Shown piece after piece: positions 26,150 through 42,627 of a DNA stretch of 64,000 nt (position 1 is the stretch's first letter; every line of letters starts with the position of its first letter). The translations under genes were made by a program, and so were the position numbers. This stretch comes from Flaccisagitta enflata (lineage: Eukaryota): contig OZ231126.1 in assembly GCA_965153355.1 (NCBI GenBank), positions 17,794,001 through 17,858,000 of the forward strand, in the 5' to 3' direction. The notes under the pieces were generated by a model, which had not been told where the DNA came from, searched no databases, and saw only the letters and a program-made list of their open reading frames with translations.

Positions 26150-26590
26150 TGATCCCCACTGAGACACCATCTAGATACCATCAATGCGCCATAAACAACA
26201 GCTTTGAGCCATCTAGATCGACGTCACCAAGACACAATCTGCTTGCCACTGAGACGCCATTTAGATACCATTAGAACGCCAATGAAACTCCATCTATATG
26301 TCATCAAGACGCCCCCGAGATGCTTCAGAGATGTCATCTAGATACCATCAATACGCCACCAATACGCCAATGAAACTCCATCTGTATGTGATCAAGACAC
26401 CCTCGACCTCAAACACTCTGGAGATGCCATCTAGATACCATTAATACGCCACCAATACGCCAATGTAACTCCATCTGTATGCCATCAAGACACCCTCAAG
26501 ACGCTTTGGAGACGCCATCCAGATACCATCAATACGCCGACGAAACTCCATCTATATGCCATCTAAACGCCCTCGAGACATCTAGACACG
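26150..26590. repeat. Degenerate minisatellite, ~80-90 bp unit, about 5 copies
   Basis: Recurrent GAGACGCCATCTAGATACCATCAATACGCCAATGAAACTCCATCT. Confidence 0.8.
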
Positions 26591-26702
26591 CGAAGAGAGA
26601 TGCGTTTTGTCCTTATTTGATATTCATATCAAAAAGCGGCCAGGAGAAAATAACAACGCCGATGACGATGTCTCTTTTCACCTATCATTCAAGTCAAACA
26701 AA

Positions 26703-26780
<78 letters not shown>

Positions 26781-26781
26781 C

Positions 26782-26822
<41 letters not shown>

Positions 26823-27568
26823 GACAGACAGACAGACAGACAGAGACAGACAGTCAGAAAAAGAGAGGAACAGAGAGATGAATTTTTGATGTTTAAGGCA
26901 AAAAAAAAAAAAAAAAAAAAAAACAATACAAAAAAAAAGAAAAAAAGAAAAAAGACAGAGAAGAAAACAAAGAGTGCGATAGGGGCTCAAAAAGCACAAG
27001 CAAGCGGAAAACGGAAAATGAACGAAGGTGAAAAAAGTACTATATTGATAGGAAGAGATGCGTAAGGTCAGCTCTGGATGTTGAAGCTGTATCGAGGTTC
27101 ATTCTTATATGTGCGGGTTTGTTCTTAATGCATATTTCTCAAATTCTCATATGAATGATGAACAACATTACTACTCAACAACATGTAAAATAAGGACAAG
27201 AGCCTTTGGAGCTCTAACTAGTGTTCAATATTACATTACCCAAAGGCAAAGATCGTGTTTCCAACCTTTAGGCCTATATCTAATTCCAACTGGCAGCAAG
27301 ACTGGTTTTATATTCGCGTTATCACAGTCAAATACTAATTTCGTGGAACAGCGGAGCGGCTTTTCTATTCGTCATTGTTGTGCGCTGAAAAGCCGAGTGA
27401 GATCTATCAAGAGTGAGAAACTAATTCTGGATCCAACTCTAGCCTAATAAATCGTCTTATGCCTCATCGCCTCTCCAGACAGACTAGGCTCCGGGGCTTC
27501 TTTGTTGCTTATGAGGAAGCAGCCACAAAGAGATGTCTTTATGTTTTTTATGTTTTTATGTTTTCATA

Positions 27569-27721
27569 TTAGTCGCTTGCACGCGACTGTATAACCCGCT
27601 GTGTCCGCAATATAAGTATGTCGGTCGGTCGGTCACACATTGCCTTTTTTTTTTGCCCAAATGCTTGGTTGGCCTATTTTATCACTGCCCTTGCAAACCC
27701 GCACGCGACTTGGGCCTCGTT
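27569..27721 (+). mobile_element. HINE-like element, degenerate
   Basis: AGTCGCTTGCACGCGACTGTATAACCCGCT...GTCGGTCGGTCGGTCACAC...CCGCACGCGACTTGGGCCTCGTT. Confidence 0.7.
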
Positions 27722-28499
27722 CACATCATGTTATATTTCACGCCCTTTTGCCATTTCGCTCCCATATCTTAGCCCAACTCAAAAGAAAGGTCCAATGATT
27801 GCTTCATAATGCAAAATAGCCTTAGATTCGGTCCTCAACCCAGTAAAACATCAGATGAGAAACCAATTCTTATAGCAGCAGTCATTGTTACTGTGAGTAT
27901 TAGGACTAAGCAATGGGTACTGCGAAGCATTGATCACTTATTTATCTGTTTATCTCTGTCTCCTTCCGTCTCCAAAGATATCTCCATCTCCAATCCCATC
28001 ACTTCACTTCACCACCTCTTTTCTTCCGCTTTTCTTCCCTCCAAGAGATCATTATCTCGCCATCGACAAATCTTTTTAAGTAATAAAAAAAAAAAGAAAC
28101 GCTAAAATAACATGTGTTACTCAAAGAACCACCAAGATTTTTTTTTCATTCTTTTTTTTTCGGTTTCCAGCTTTTATCGAAAATCAGGCATTGAAAGATA
28201 TAAGGAAATAAAAAAAAACAAGGATGATTGGGCCAACGAAGCGTCGGGTTTGAATTATAACTCTAGTTATAACCCTGGTTTGAGATTAAGTTAATGATTA
28301 ATCAAACTGACAAATAAATGAATGCGTGAAGGAATGTAAGGATAAATGTGTGAATATACTAAATAGTCGCAAAAGCTCTGGATGGTCCGCGGTACCCGAC
28401 GCCCTTTAGGTAGTGTACGTGGGAATGAGATGGTGAGAGGAGCAAATGACCCATGCTTTGGCTCATGGAGAATCATGGGCAATCATTGGGCGTGTAGGG

Positions 28500-28800
28500 T
28501 TGGGATTTAAACCTTTGGGCCTCCTGGGTTGGGATAAAGACCTCTGGGCCACAAGTCTTAGATTTGGACCTCTCGGCAGAGATTTGGGCCTTAAGCCTGT
28601 TAATTAGGCCTTGAGACGGAGATTTGGGCCTTAAGACTGAAATCTGTACCTCGATGCATATATGGGCCTCAAGGCTGAAGTTTAGGCCTTAAGTCTTGAA
28701 TATGGGCCTCGACACAGAGATTTGTGCTTAGAGGAAAAGATTGAGGCTTTAAAGAGATTTGGGCCTTGAGGCTAAGATTTTCGCCCCATGGCTGGGATAA
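28500..28800. repeat. Degenerate ~20-21 bp minisatellite
   Basis: Recurrent GATTTGGGCCTTAAGGCTG-like units. Confidence 0.75.
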
Positions 28801-29452
28801 GATTTTCGGTTCCAAGCAGGAATAGACTATTCTACATAAACAGGTGATTACATCTTTACTTCAAACTGAATGGAAGCTAAACCCTCGAAGCCAGTGCTAT
28901 GAAATAAAAAGTGCATGAATAATTAAAAGAGTATGTGCCTTTTACAAACTACACAAAACAAATAAGAATTTCTAACAAGGCTGGTTCCACGGCAATCTCA
29001 GTTGTAGATGGATGAGTGGGAGCTGGTAATCTCTCAAAATGACTTTGACTCTGTATTTGCATGATTAACTGACCACGAGACGGACTGATGGACGGTTTTT
29101 TTAAGTGATGCGAGCATTTATCTCAAAACGGGGGAAGGAGAGAGATAACAAGAATTCGGATTGAAAAAAGATCGAAATATATTGATGTAAGGCTGTCCAT
29201 TTTTTTCTGATCCTTTTTCAATCTCTCTCTTTGAATGATTTTTATTTCCAAACATTGGATATTCTTTGAGGGAGGTTGAAAAAATTGAAGCAAAATTGAT
29301 TCTGCGAGTTTACCAAACAAAAAATCGATCAATGCATTAAAATGGGGACAAAATTACGTCAATAAAACTCTAGAAAAACGAGAAAAAGAAATATAGAAAA
29401 GGGATAAAAACAAAATAAGCGACGAGTTGATTTGATTAAAATGATTAGTATG

Positions 29453-29978
29453 CAGTCAGCGGACAAAACACAATAGGTATATATATCACTCGGTTGATTT
29501 TGATCCAATCCACTGATGTTAAACAAAATGCTGTAAACAACAACTGGTTGTTTAAATTACAGCCGGCTGTTACTTTTCAAAGTTGGTAAAAATCCAATTT
29601 TCACCAAATACAATACAACCTGCAGATTCATAATCCTGATGAAAATTTAAGAAGTTTGATATGTCACAACATATATTTTTATATAGAAATAAGAATTTTT
29701 TATCAATGTTTAATTTAATTATAATGTAATGTTAAGAAAAATATTTTTCACAAAAAATGTTAAGTGTGACATATCAAACTTCTCAGAATTTCATCAAGAT
29801 TATGAATCTGCAGGTCTCATTCTATTTGGTGAAAATTGGATTTTTACCAACTTTGTAACGTAACAGCCGGCTGTAATTTCAACAACCAGTTGTTGTTTAC
29901 AGCATTCTGTTCAATATCAGTGGGTTGGATCAAAACCAGCGGAGTGATATATACCTATTGTGTTTTGTCCGCTGACTG
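29453..29978. mobile_element. Hairpin (foldback) Tc1-type MITE
   Basis: CAGTCAGCGGACAAAACACAATAGGTATATA and TATATACCTATTGTGTTTTGTCCGCTGACTG; inverted similarity extends >200 bp inward; flanks are TG (left) and TA (right). Confidence 0.9.
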
Positions 29979-30919
29979 TATGGGCGACCTCGCCCAGAGA
30001 ATAACTGATTGGCTGACCAACAGACCGACTTATTGGTGATTATGCACAGCGCCCCAGATCCCACCACCACAAAGAATGAGTAACTTTCACCCTCATATCA
30101 TTTCCTTATTACCACCCATTTACCTACCAGGCCTGAGCGATTGTATTTAGTATTGTATTTTCTGTCTGGGAAAAATCCTTTCCGTTTTTTTTTCATTGTG
30201 GGATTGATGGCAGGAGACTAGATTTGGTTGATGAAGTAGAAACAGGAGCTTTTGGTGGTGGTGGATTGGATGTGATGACATTTTATAGCTCAAAGTCAGC
30301 GTTTTCTTCAATATATCACCTGGTTTTAGAACCGTTCTTGATTTATGCAATTTGATTTGAAAAAAAAAAATCATTGAAATTCTTGAACAACATCGAATTT
30401 CTTAAATGGGCTTTGGGATATTGATTTTTAGGGCGTCTTGTTCACGAGTGACTTTGGTATGCCAACCAGTCTCCAAATGTAGCGTTGCACTCAAGCCCCT
30501 CATGGCTATGAAAATTTTCTATCCATTCGGTTGCAAAAGTATTCATACTTATCTGGTAAACGTATGTTCTAACTCTCCATTGACCCTGAAATCTGGTTGG
30601 AAATTTGAGCCCTACAACTCGCAAAAGTGAGACATATTTATAAGCGCAAAAAGCCGACTTAAGAAGGAGAAGAAGCATGAAGGGAAAGAGGGATACGAAC
30701 AACTAAGAAGGGCCACCTGGAGAAAGGAGGGAAGAAGTGAAGCTTTTTAAAGCCTAGAGAGTAGAGAAGAGAAGAAGAAGAAATTTAAGTGCGCTTTGTT
30801 TAATGTTTATTCATAATCCTTGGAAGGACCTGAAAAGGCGAAAAGGTTTCAGGCAAAATTAGATTCGAGGCTCAAGAAGATTTTCCTCATGTTTGATATA
30901 TACACACGAACAACGATGC

Positions 30920-31251
<332 letters not shown>

Positions 31252-31480
31252 CAGTTAAAGTACAGTGAGGGATATTGTTCCACTTTTCAGTTGACAGAAA
31301 GATAACCATGAAACGTTTACAGCACGTGAAATTTCATGCCCTATAACTACAAATTAATGGTGGGTGTGCCTTGCTCTCTAGTTCGACTATTATCAATTTG
31401 CATTCATTCATCTGGATCAATGGACGGATCGACTGACGAAGACACTTTTAGAGTCGCGTGTCAGGCTACTAAGAACATTA

Positions 31481-31710
31481 CTATCTAGCTAATAAATATA
31501 TCAACATCTTAAAAAAAAACATCAACTTTGGAAGAGTGTAGCTCCTAAACCATTAAAGCTATAATTACCAGATTGGTCTCATTTTGAATATTTGTTTAAA
31601 CTCATTAAATTGCGACCAATCTGGTTATTGTAACTTTATTTGTTTAGGAGTACCACTATTACAAAGTTAACGCTTCTTTTTAGATGTTGATATACTTATT
31701 AGCAAGATAG
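31481..31710. mobile_element. Hairpin MITE with CTATCT termini, TA TSD
   Basis: CTATCTAGCTAATAAATATATCAACATCT and AGATGTTGATATACTTATTAGCAAGATAG; arms ~105 bp. Confidence 0.85.
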
Positions 31711-31889
31711 TACTAACAAATGTTTGACGGGTTAACCAATTGACTGACGCGACGCGCCCAATTAGTCATTGACACTTGGACTCGTCTTCTCGGCAATATT
31801 CTTTACTCACCCTTTTGCGACGAATAAGACGCGAATTTATTGCGACGTAGTGGACAAAGAGCGAAGACCTTTATCGCGGTTGTTCCTAC

Positions 31890-32130
31890 ATTGCGCGTGA
31901 AGGAGGGTTGGTGTTTGGTTCTTCCGAAAAAATTGAAACAAGTTGTGAATATTTGTTTGAACAACACTGAGTGAGCATGAAGGGAGAAAGGCGCTTATTC
32001 AATTCCGAAACAAACAATTTGTGAATTTTTGTTCATTTAGTGAGCATAAAGGGAGAAGGGTGCTCATTTTATTACAAAACAAACAAATTGTAAGGTTTTG
32101 TTTATTTAGTGAACGTGAAGGAGGATGTTG
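31890..32130. repeat. Degenerate ~70-bp tandem repeat, about 3 copies
   Basis: Recurrent AAACAAACAATTTGTGAATTTTTGTT...AGTGAGCATGAAGGGAGAAGG. Confidence 0.65.
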
Positions 32131-32506
32131 TCCGAAAGTATCGAGTCGATGGAGTGACACGCGCAGGTCATTTGTATATGATCGACGCTCAAAATCTTTG
32201 TACTGCACTGCTGATTGCGATTGCTCTCCTTCCGTTTATGATTTTTAATTTCATCTATTCATTTTTTGAAATTCATCACTTTTTTTTCTTGTTTTTGCTT
32301 TTGATGCAAGTACATCCTGATTGTCCCCTTACAGCAAAATCTGTCTCTTTCAAAAATTGATTCCAGTACGCGCGTGTCTTTTTACTTCGTGGTGCCGGTG
32401 CGTCGGTTGGTTCAAAATTTATCCTAATTTGAGAGTTGAATATCATTTTAACATAAGTGTAACCGGCCGTATATATCAACCACACCAACCACAGCAACAA
32501 AAAAGA

Positions 32507-34705
<2,199 letters not shown>

Positions 34706-35428
34706 GCAACTCGATATTCACAGAAGGCGAGTTAGTCGAGATCCATCTACATGTATCTTTTTGCGCCAACATTATTGGCCCAGCACACGCCTCCTCGGTT
34801 CGTGAATATTTGATCAAAGTAGTTTAGGATCGGCGGGGTTTTGAGACCGTTATCGTGGTAAGGTAGCGCGCAACGAGGATAAACTTTGACAAAGCGTCAT
34901 GATGTCATGGGTCGTAACTACGTTGAAGAAATGGTTATCGCGGTAAAAGTAGGACAATCACACACAGAACACGGAGGAACCATCAGCATAGCCGCAGTAA
35001 AAGCAAGGATTGCCAGTCCCCATTCTCTGTGAGACCAAATTGCTGTTCTAGACGTAAATGAAAGCCGACTGCTCTCTTCAAATTTTCACTTTTTCAAGCA
35101 ATTTCGACCTGTCCCTGGTCTGCAAAAAGAGGAAGGCGAAACAAAGACTATCTCTAAAGTGAAGGCCTATTAGGCTATTACGCATGCAGGTGGCCAGGGG
35201 TAATGAGTCGCTATTTGTGACTAAGTTATGGAATCCAAACAGTCAGAACTATAGATGCGGGGGGGATTTGGTTATGTAGCTCAAGGGATGCTAGGACCTA
35301 TCTAAAAATGATTGGGAGTGGTGTGGGAGCCTCCCACTGAGAGGGATGGAATTGGTGATTGGATTTTTGGAAAAAGTGCAACGGACCGACGGACGGACGG
35401 ACAGACCCTCTTATAGATTCTCAAAGAC

Positions 35429-35512
<84 letters not shown>

Positions 35513-35783
35513 TTCCTTCTTTCTCCTTGATTTTGTTTGCGTTTTCAAAGACGTTTTATTGATCTCAACTTTGGTCCGTTTTTAGAACCGAACCGGTTGT
35601 AACTGTCCGTATACTCACGATCACCGACAACCGACAACACTTTTTGGCGGTCAGGATATTTATTTACGGCGCTTCGTAAACGTTTTAAATGGTATCGGTT
35701 TAGTTTGCGCGATAAGGATGACAGATGACAAATAAAGAGAGAGCGGTGAAGAGAAAACAATAGCCAAATTATGAACAAATGCA

Positions 35784-35996
35784 TTTTTAATCGCGTGTAC
35801 ACGACTCTATAACCCGCTATGTCGGTCGGTCAGTCCGTTGGTCGGTCCGTCTTTCGCCGTTAGTTTTTAAGTCGTTTATGAGTGGTTTTTGTATTACTGC
35901 TCCTGCCCAAAAGCTTGGGTTCGCCTTTTCATCATTGCCCCTGCCCCCCCCCCCCTCCCGGCACGCGACATCGATAACCGGGTATCCGGCCTTGTT
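35784..35996 (+). mobile_element. HINE-like element
   Basis: ATCGCGTGTACACGACTCTATAACCCGCTATGTCGGTCGG...GCACGCGACATCGATAACCGGGTATCCGGCCTTGTT. Confidence 0.75.
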
Positions 35997-36050
35997 TTTT
36001 GAGCAGCGGCTCCAAAGGGGACGAAGTCCTGTAGAACACAGGGAATCTGT

Positions 36051-36060
36051 NNNNNNNNNN
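36051..36060. other. Assembly gap (10 N)
   Basis: Run of ten N. Confidence 1.
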
Positions 36061-36679
36061 AAAATATCATAAACACAGGTACAAGTATAAATAATTACAT
36101 AAGAAAAATTATAAGAAAAAATCCTATGCCTGATTTGAAATTAAGAAATATATATTAATGAATTTTTTCTAAAATTAATGCAAGTAGTTTTAAAAATATT
36201 TCATTATATCTCCTGTTACAATTGAAAAGAGGTTAACAAATAGATTTAGTACATAATTTGATTTGATTTTTGTTTCTTTAACTTAACCTATTAATCTATG
36301 AAAAAAAATAATATAGTATTTTTTTTTTTAATAGTTTTATCTTCTGATACCAAAATTCATACTCATTTTGGCGAAATTTTTTGCTTTTTACTGTTTTTTC
36401 CATGTCTTTTTGTCTCTCTCTCATCTTGCATAAAAAGAAAAATTTTTTTTAACATTTTTTATTCAATATAATCAAAAATATGCCAACACCTAGGGAGCCG
36501 CGGGTGGTGGTGACAGCCCGCGTCGGATACACGCAATTCGCCGCGATGCAAGGTGAGCCGAAAATGTAAATGTTATTACGCATTTCGATCGACCGACCGA
36601 CCGACCGACCGACACGGCAAGATCTCCAGCTGCGTCCGCTGATTGTAACAATTGAACTGGCCTCGACTCCACTATCTTT

Positions 36680-37870
36680 TTTTACCTATAATCAGGACTT
36701 AAACTGACTCAAACCAGACTCAAACCAGACCCAAACCAGACTCAACTGTGATCAAACTGCACTAAAACCGGTACTCAAAATCCGCACATAAACTGCATCA
36801 AACTGCATCAAACCCAGACTTAACTGTAGTACATAAACCAGACATAAACCAGACCCAAACTGACTCAAACCAGACTTAAAACCAGACTTTTAACTTACTT
36901 AACCAGATGAAATCAGACTTTAAGCCAGACTAAACCAGCTTCAACCGTACTAAAACCAGACTTCAAACTATTACTTCAAACCAGACTTATACTGTAGCAT
37001 TTCTAAAACGTGTCCGCATTTATAGTAGATTCTAAACAAGACTTAACTGATTTTAAACTACTTAAAACTAAAGGCATTTAAACTAGCAGCATTTAAAACC
37101 AGCATTAAAACCAAGCATTTAAAAACCAAATAGCATTTAAACCAGCAGACCTAAACTAGTTACACTCTGAAACTGAAACAGGACTTCAACCAGCACTTAA
37201 ACCAGCAGCATTTAAACCAGCAGCATTTCTAAACCAGCGTACTTAAACCAGCAGCATTTAAACTGACAGACTTAACCAAGAGACCTGGAAACCAGCGTAC
37301 TTAAACCAGTTAAAAAGTATCTTAAACCAGCAGACTTGAACTATAGACTCGAACCAGCCAACTTAAACCAGCCAATTTAAACCAGCCAATTTCAACGAGC
37401 CATCTAAAACCAGCTGACTAAAACCAATTGACTTAAACCAAATAATTTAAACCAGTGAATTTAAACCAGCAGACTTACCCCAGAAGACTTAAACCAGACA
37501 ATTTAACCCAGCCGATTTAAACTAGCCAACACCTAAAGACAATGCTAAAATGCAAAGTGACCAAAATGATCAAAAATGACTAAAATGATCAAAATTAATA
37601 AAATAACCAAAATGATCAAAATGACCAAAATGATCAAAATGCACTCAAATGACCAAATGCACTATAATAACTTAAATGCATCAAACGACCGAAATCTACC
37701 AAAATGCACTAAATGACTTAAAGCCGATACACAAAGGTACTTAATCACTACAGACAAAGGCAATGACGGGGAAGACCAGAAGTATTTAAACAGAGCAGCT
37801 AACTAAATGCCAAAAAACGCTAATGCAAGCAAAAAATGGCGGGACCAATTGACAAGACAGTTACAGTGAG
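36680..37870 (-). mobile_element. Degraded or error-rich inverted copy of the array-carrying HINE-like element at 23539-25484
   Basis: ACCTATAA end, then the (AAACCAGACTC), (TTAAACCAGCAGAC) and (AAAATGACC) arrays, i.e. the reverse complements of the three arrays in mirror order. Confidence 0.7.
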
Positions 37871-37902
37871 CGTTACGTAAAACTAAAAATACCAACTTAT
37901 GA

Positions 37903-37996
37903 CTTCGGTAAACTTCGGTTTCGGTTTCGGTCAGTTAGTCACTGTCAACTTCGGCTTCGGTTCGGCTTCGGTTTACCTACCTTCGGTCGACCTCTA
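37903..37996. mobile_element. One end of a hAT-like MITE with TTCGG subterminal repeats
   Basis: Multiple TTCGG motifs ending in TTCGGTCGACCTCTA (TAGAGG terminus on the minus strand); the partner end was not found. Confidence 0.55.
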
Positions 37997-38810
37997 TGCT
38001 AAACACCTCACCAGTTTGAAATTATCTTCTTTGTTTACTGTCTCGTTTCTTGAATATTTATATTCAACAGCCTCAATTCTTTCTCCCGCGGCAACACTCT
38101 CCCCAAACGTACACACACATGGACAGCCAGACGGATACACACACTCGTACTCAGTAAGTACACCTAAGTGGATGCCAAACGGACGTACGACCGGACAAAG
38201 TACAGTCTCTTTAAATAGCAAAAACGTACATACGTTTGCAAGTTAGTTTTGCTAAATGGAACACTAGGAGTGATGCGCGTAGTAACTAGTCAGTGAGGGC
38301 TCACAAGGCCCTCTTCCATATTTTGCGGTTTGGGTATAGTGAGGGATTTTGTTCCACCTGTCATAACAAATCCATCCGATGATTTTTGTCCAATTTTGAG
38401 TCGCTATCAGGATGTAGAACGCAGGAAGCATGCCAAAGCAAGTGCGCAAGACAGCGATGACGTAATCGTAAAAACAAATTTTTTAAAATATAACTTTTAC
38501 AAACACCAACCGACAAACCCACCCCAGAAACACAATTTCATCACTAATCACCATTATTTAAGCCCAACTGGCATTGTTTAATCGCATACGCGTAAATAAA
38601 AACTGGCGATATTAAAAACACAAACGCTGACGCCACCACAACACGGTTGTAACCAGGCGCAAACCAAAAGCGACTCAATGATATACACCCCTGCTTAAAA
38701 ACTCAAGAGATCGAGCCGAATCCAGTTGGAACAAGGAGGGAAGATTTGTTAGCGCAAGGCGGAGCTAAAGGATAAGTATCAATTCAACAATATTCAAATC
38801 TAAGAGAAAC

Positions 38811-38845
<35 letters not shown>

Positions 38846-39114
38846 CTTCTTCTTCTTATTCTTCTTCTTCTTCTTCTTCTTCTTCTTCTTCTTCTTCTTC
38901 TTCTTCTTCTTCTTGCTGTTCAAATGTAAGAAAATGATTAACGATTGACGATTAACATCCTTCTTCGTTAGTGAAAAAAACCGTTAATGTCCTTTACAGG
39001 CTTACTTCTTATCGGCTTTTTTATATGCGTCATCGCATCTCTATAAGAAGATCTTTCCATCGATCCATCGATCCGTCGGTCCGTGCGTCGGTTTTTCCGT
39101 TACATCTACTCAAA

Positions 39115-39253
39115 AACAAGGTTGAATACACGACTGGAAAGTCGCGGACGGTTGGGCAGGCGCAGTAATGCAAAAACCACTCGCAATTTAGAAATGTTAC
39201 GGACGGACGGACCGAGACGGCAACTTGTTGAGTCGCGTGTCCGCGACCAAAAA
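39115..39253 (-). mobile_element. HINE-like element (GTCCGCGACT subfamily)
   Basis: AACAAGGTTGAATACACG..AGTCGCGGACGGTTGGGCAGG...GAGTCGCGTGTCCGCGACCAAAAA. Confidence 0.75.
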
Positions 39254-39382
39254 AACGAGCAGAGGACGCATCGAATTGGCCGAATGAGCTGGTTTCTTTT
39301 CCTTCTCGGAATCTTGCATAGGTTTCGCTTTTGCGACCGATAAGAAGAATGAAAAATGTGATCCAACGTGGGAGAAGAAAAT

Positions 39383-39559
<177 letters not shown>

Positions 39560-39803
39560 ATGGAGCGGGCGAAACAAGTCGAACCTACAAGCTGCAGACT
39601 GACAATCAGAGATACGTGCAGTCGATGTTATTTGCAGTTGCCTTCGCCACTACAAATTGTCGTGGTTGACAAGTGGAAAACGGCGACAACGATGATAGTG
39701 ATGACAACGATGACAATGTGGACGCTAAGGATGTCAGTGAAAATGATGCTACTGACGTCACTGGGGTATTCAAGAATCGCTGAATGGACATTAACATCTC
39801 CGT

Positions 39804-39898
<95 letters not shown>

Positions 39899-40204
39899 AT
39901 CTAAGTGACGACATCCATGAAAAGAACGTGGAAATTTCTTTAAGTAAGCGTTACTTTTTGCCACTGTTATCTTTGAGTGTCACGATAAAAATATTTCATT
40001 TAGATGCAATGTTTATATGGGAAAAAAGTTTGCAATTGAATGAAATACTTTTGATTTATACAACTATTTTCTCAGATTACAATATTTTAAGCGACGATAT
40101 TCGAAAATTGCTTTGTTGAAATACGGTAATATACATTCTAGAAAGTCACACAATGCAAATTTGGCGAAAGTCACACTATGCATATTTGCGCATTCTTCAC
40201 GTGC

Positions 40205-40295
<91 letters not shown>

Positions 40296-40897
40296 AACAC
40301 ACACACACACACGAGCGCGCGCACATTCGCGTGACGCACACCACAGCAATATGCACCCGCGCGTCATCGCATGTGCGTGTACAAAGAGACACTTTACAGC
40401 CATAGTATATCTCTCCAATTGCATTTGGTGGCATTGTTATGTCCCTTTTCTTGGCAGTTGGCGAAATTGAAAAGCGAAATTGCGCGAAAATCGTCACGTT
40501 TTCTGTTTTAAGTAGAGACGTCAACGCTTCGGCGCCTCCTCGCATCTTGATACGGGGTTTATTCTCCTTAGAATTAAACGCCAATTCTGTAGACCTCACA
40601 GTCAGGGGCAGATAGATTAAAAGAAATCGCCAATGATGCTTGAAAAGCACTTAGTCTCTCTCGTCTGAAAGTGTGACCATCCTCCCAAGGACGCATTGGG
40701 CTTGTTTCATCCGTTGTCAAGAAGCATCTTCGGTCTTCGATTCTTCAAAATCAATTTCAATTTTTTTTCTTCTTTATTTTTTTCCCCCATTTTCTTTATT
40801 GTCCTTAGCTTAAGTGGCCACAGCCGCGCGCAATGCTTAGGCCCGATGGTGACAATTCGTTTAAAACTCTATTCGAATTGAGGCGTCTCTAGTCAAT

Positions 40898-40951
<54 letters not shown>

Positions 40952-41025
40952 ACGAGAAATAAAGAAGATGGAAACGAAGAGAAAATCGATTTCGTAATGG
41001 AACTACAGCTACAGTTGACGTTGAC

Positions 41026-41130
41026 GTTGTGTTGTGTTGTGTTGTGTTGTGTTGTGTTGTGTTGTGTTGTGTTGTGTTGTGTTGTGTTGTGTTGTGTTGT
41101 GTTGTGTTGTGTTGTGTTGTTGTGTTGTGT
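41026..41130. repeat. (GTTGT)n pentanucleotide repeat
   Basis: Read directly. Confidence 0.97.
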
Positions 41131-41269
41131 ATAGACGTAAACTGTATGAAAGCTTTAAGTCCAAACGACACCGACTAAAACACGAATAGAGGTTAAATGG
41201 AGCAGCGTAACAAACAAGTCCAGGCCATCAATCGCGTACAGTGGGAGGGGCAGTGAGGCTGAGGTTCAT

Positions 41270-41355
<86 letters not shown>

Positions 41356-41935
41356 GTGAGATGAGAGTGAGCAGATGCAGGCGTGTGCATTGATCGACGA
41401 GATGGGTTAGACTTGCGAATAAAATTGGGATGAATTGCTGCAGAGAAAAGAAAATCGATTTTCCCGTCGCGAAAATTGTCTTTTTGAACATGAGTCTCTT
41501 TGTGTCTCTTTAAGTTGTCGCCATCAATTTGGTTGTGCAATATTTTGACATCCCCTTTCAAGAAAGAATAAAATCAGTTATTGGATTTTCATCCTTTTCT
41601 TAGAGAAATATTGAAATCAAATCCCTTTTATGATGACAAAAGCGGAAATTGAGGCAATTCGTTTCTGAAGTCATCTCGCGATGCGTTGGTATTTTCTCCA
41701 ACTTGTACAATATTCGATTCTGATGACGAAAAAATATAAGAATATTAATGCCAAAGTTGGGTGTTGATATAGCAAACACGAAGAATTTGTTTATTTCATT
41801 CTGCAGGCGTAAAATTGATGCATTGTACGAGACTTGAGAGATATAGAAGAATCCAATGTCGTGCTGTTACATCGCTTTTTATCGTCAAATCGAATTTCAA
41901 TAACATAACACGAAATAATGACGCAAGCGAACGAT

Positions 41936-42033
<98 letters not shown>

Positions 42034-42037
42034 CAAC

Positions 42038-42185
42038 TAGGGATGTGGAAGCGATTGACCGCTTCCATTTTGGTGGGTGGGATAGCTACTAGTATTTGAA
42101 CTGCAAAATGGAAGCGGAAGCGGAAGCGGAAGCGGAAGCGGAAGCGGTGGAGGCGGCATAAAAGTTGACCGCTTCCACATCCCTA
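42038..42185. mobile_element. hAT-type MITE with perfect 16-bp TIRs and 8-bp TSD
   Basis: TAGGGATGTGGAAGCG and CGCTTCCACATCCCTA; TSD GTGACAAC at 42030-42037 and 42186-42193; internal (GGAAGC)n. Confidence 0.92.
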
Positions 42186-42229
42186 GTGACAACTGACAAG
42201 TAGCATTTCTAAAATTGAAGCAGGATGTA

Positions 42230-42627
42230 CACATGGACGCAAAATACAGCGTGATGAGGCGCCAAAAGTGTTAGCACCCCCCACTACAGCCAATTTGGCT
42301 GAATGAAATTTCCTTTTGAAAGTTGTTTTCAGTCACTAAGGGGAATATGAGTGGCGTCATCAGAGGGAATTTTGAGATTGTAAGTAAAACCTTGAAATTT
42401 ATCACTTTTTTACTTATTTTCTGTACTTTTCCAAGAGTGTATATTTTATGAGTAAAAGTGAAAAATTTCAAGGTTTTAGTTACAATGATGACGCCATTTG
42501 TAATCTCCTAAGTTACTTGAAATAACTTTCCATAAGAATTTTCAATCAGCCAATATGGCTGTATTGGGGGGTGCTAAATTTTTTTTGGCTTTTGGCGCCT
42601 CATCACGCTGTATTTTGCGTCCATGTG
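42230..42627. mobile_element. Hairpin MITE with CAC..GTG ends, TA flanks
   Basis: CACATGGACGCAAAATACAGCGTGATGAGGCGCCAAAAG and its exact reverse complement; imperfect inverted match continues ~170 bp inward. Confidence 0.9.

Noticed and set aside
36061..36680. Distinct AT-rich biological element after the gap
   Set aside because: Adjacent to an N gap and accompanied by garbled repeat copies; more likely a low-quality contig end.
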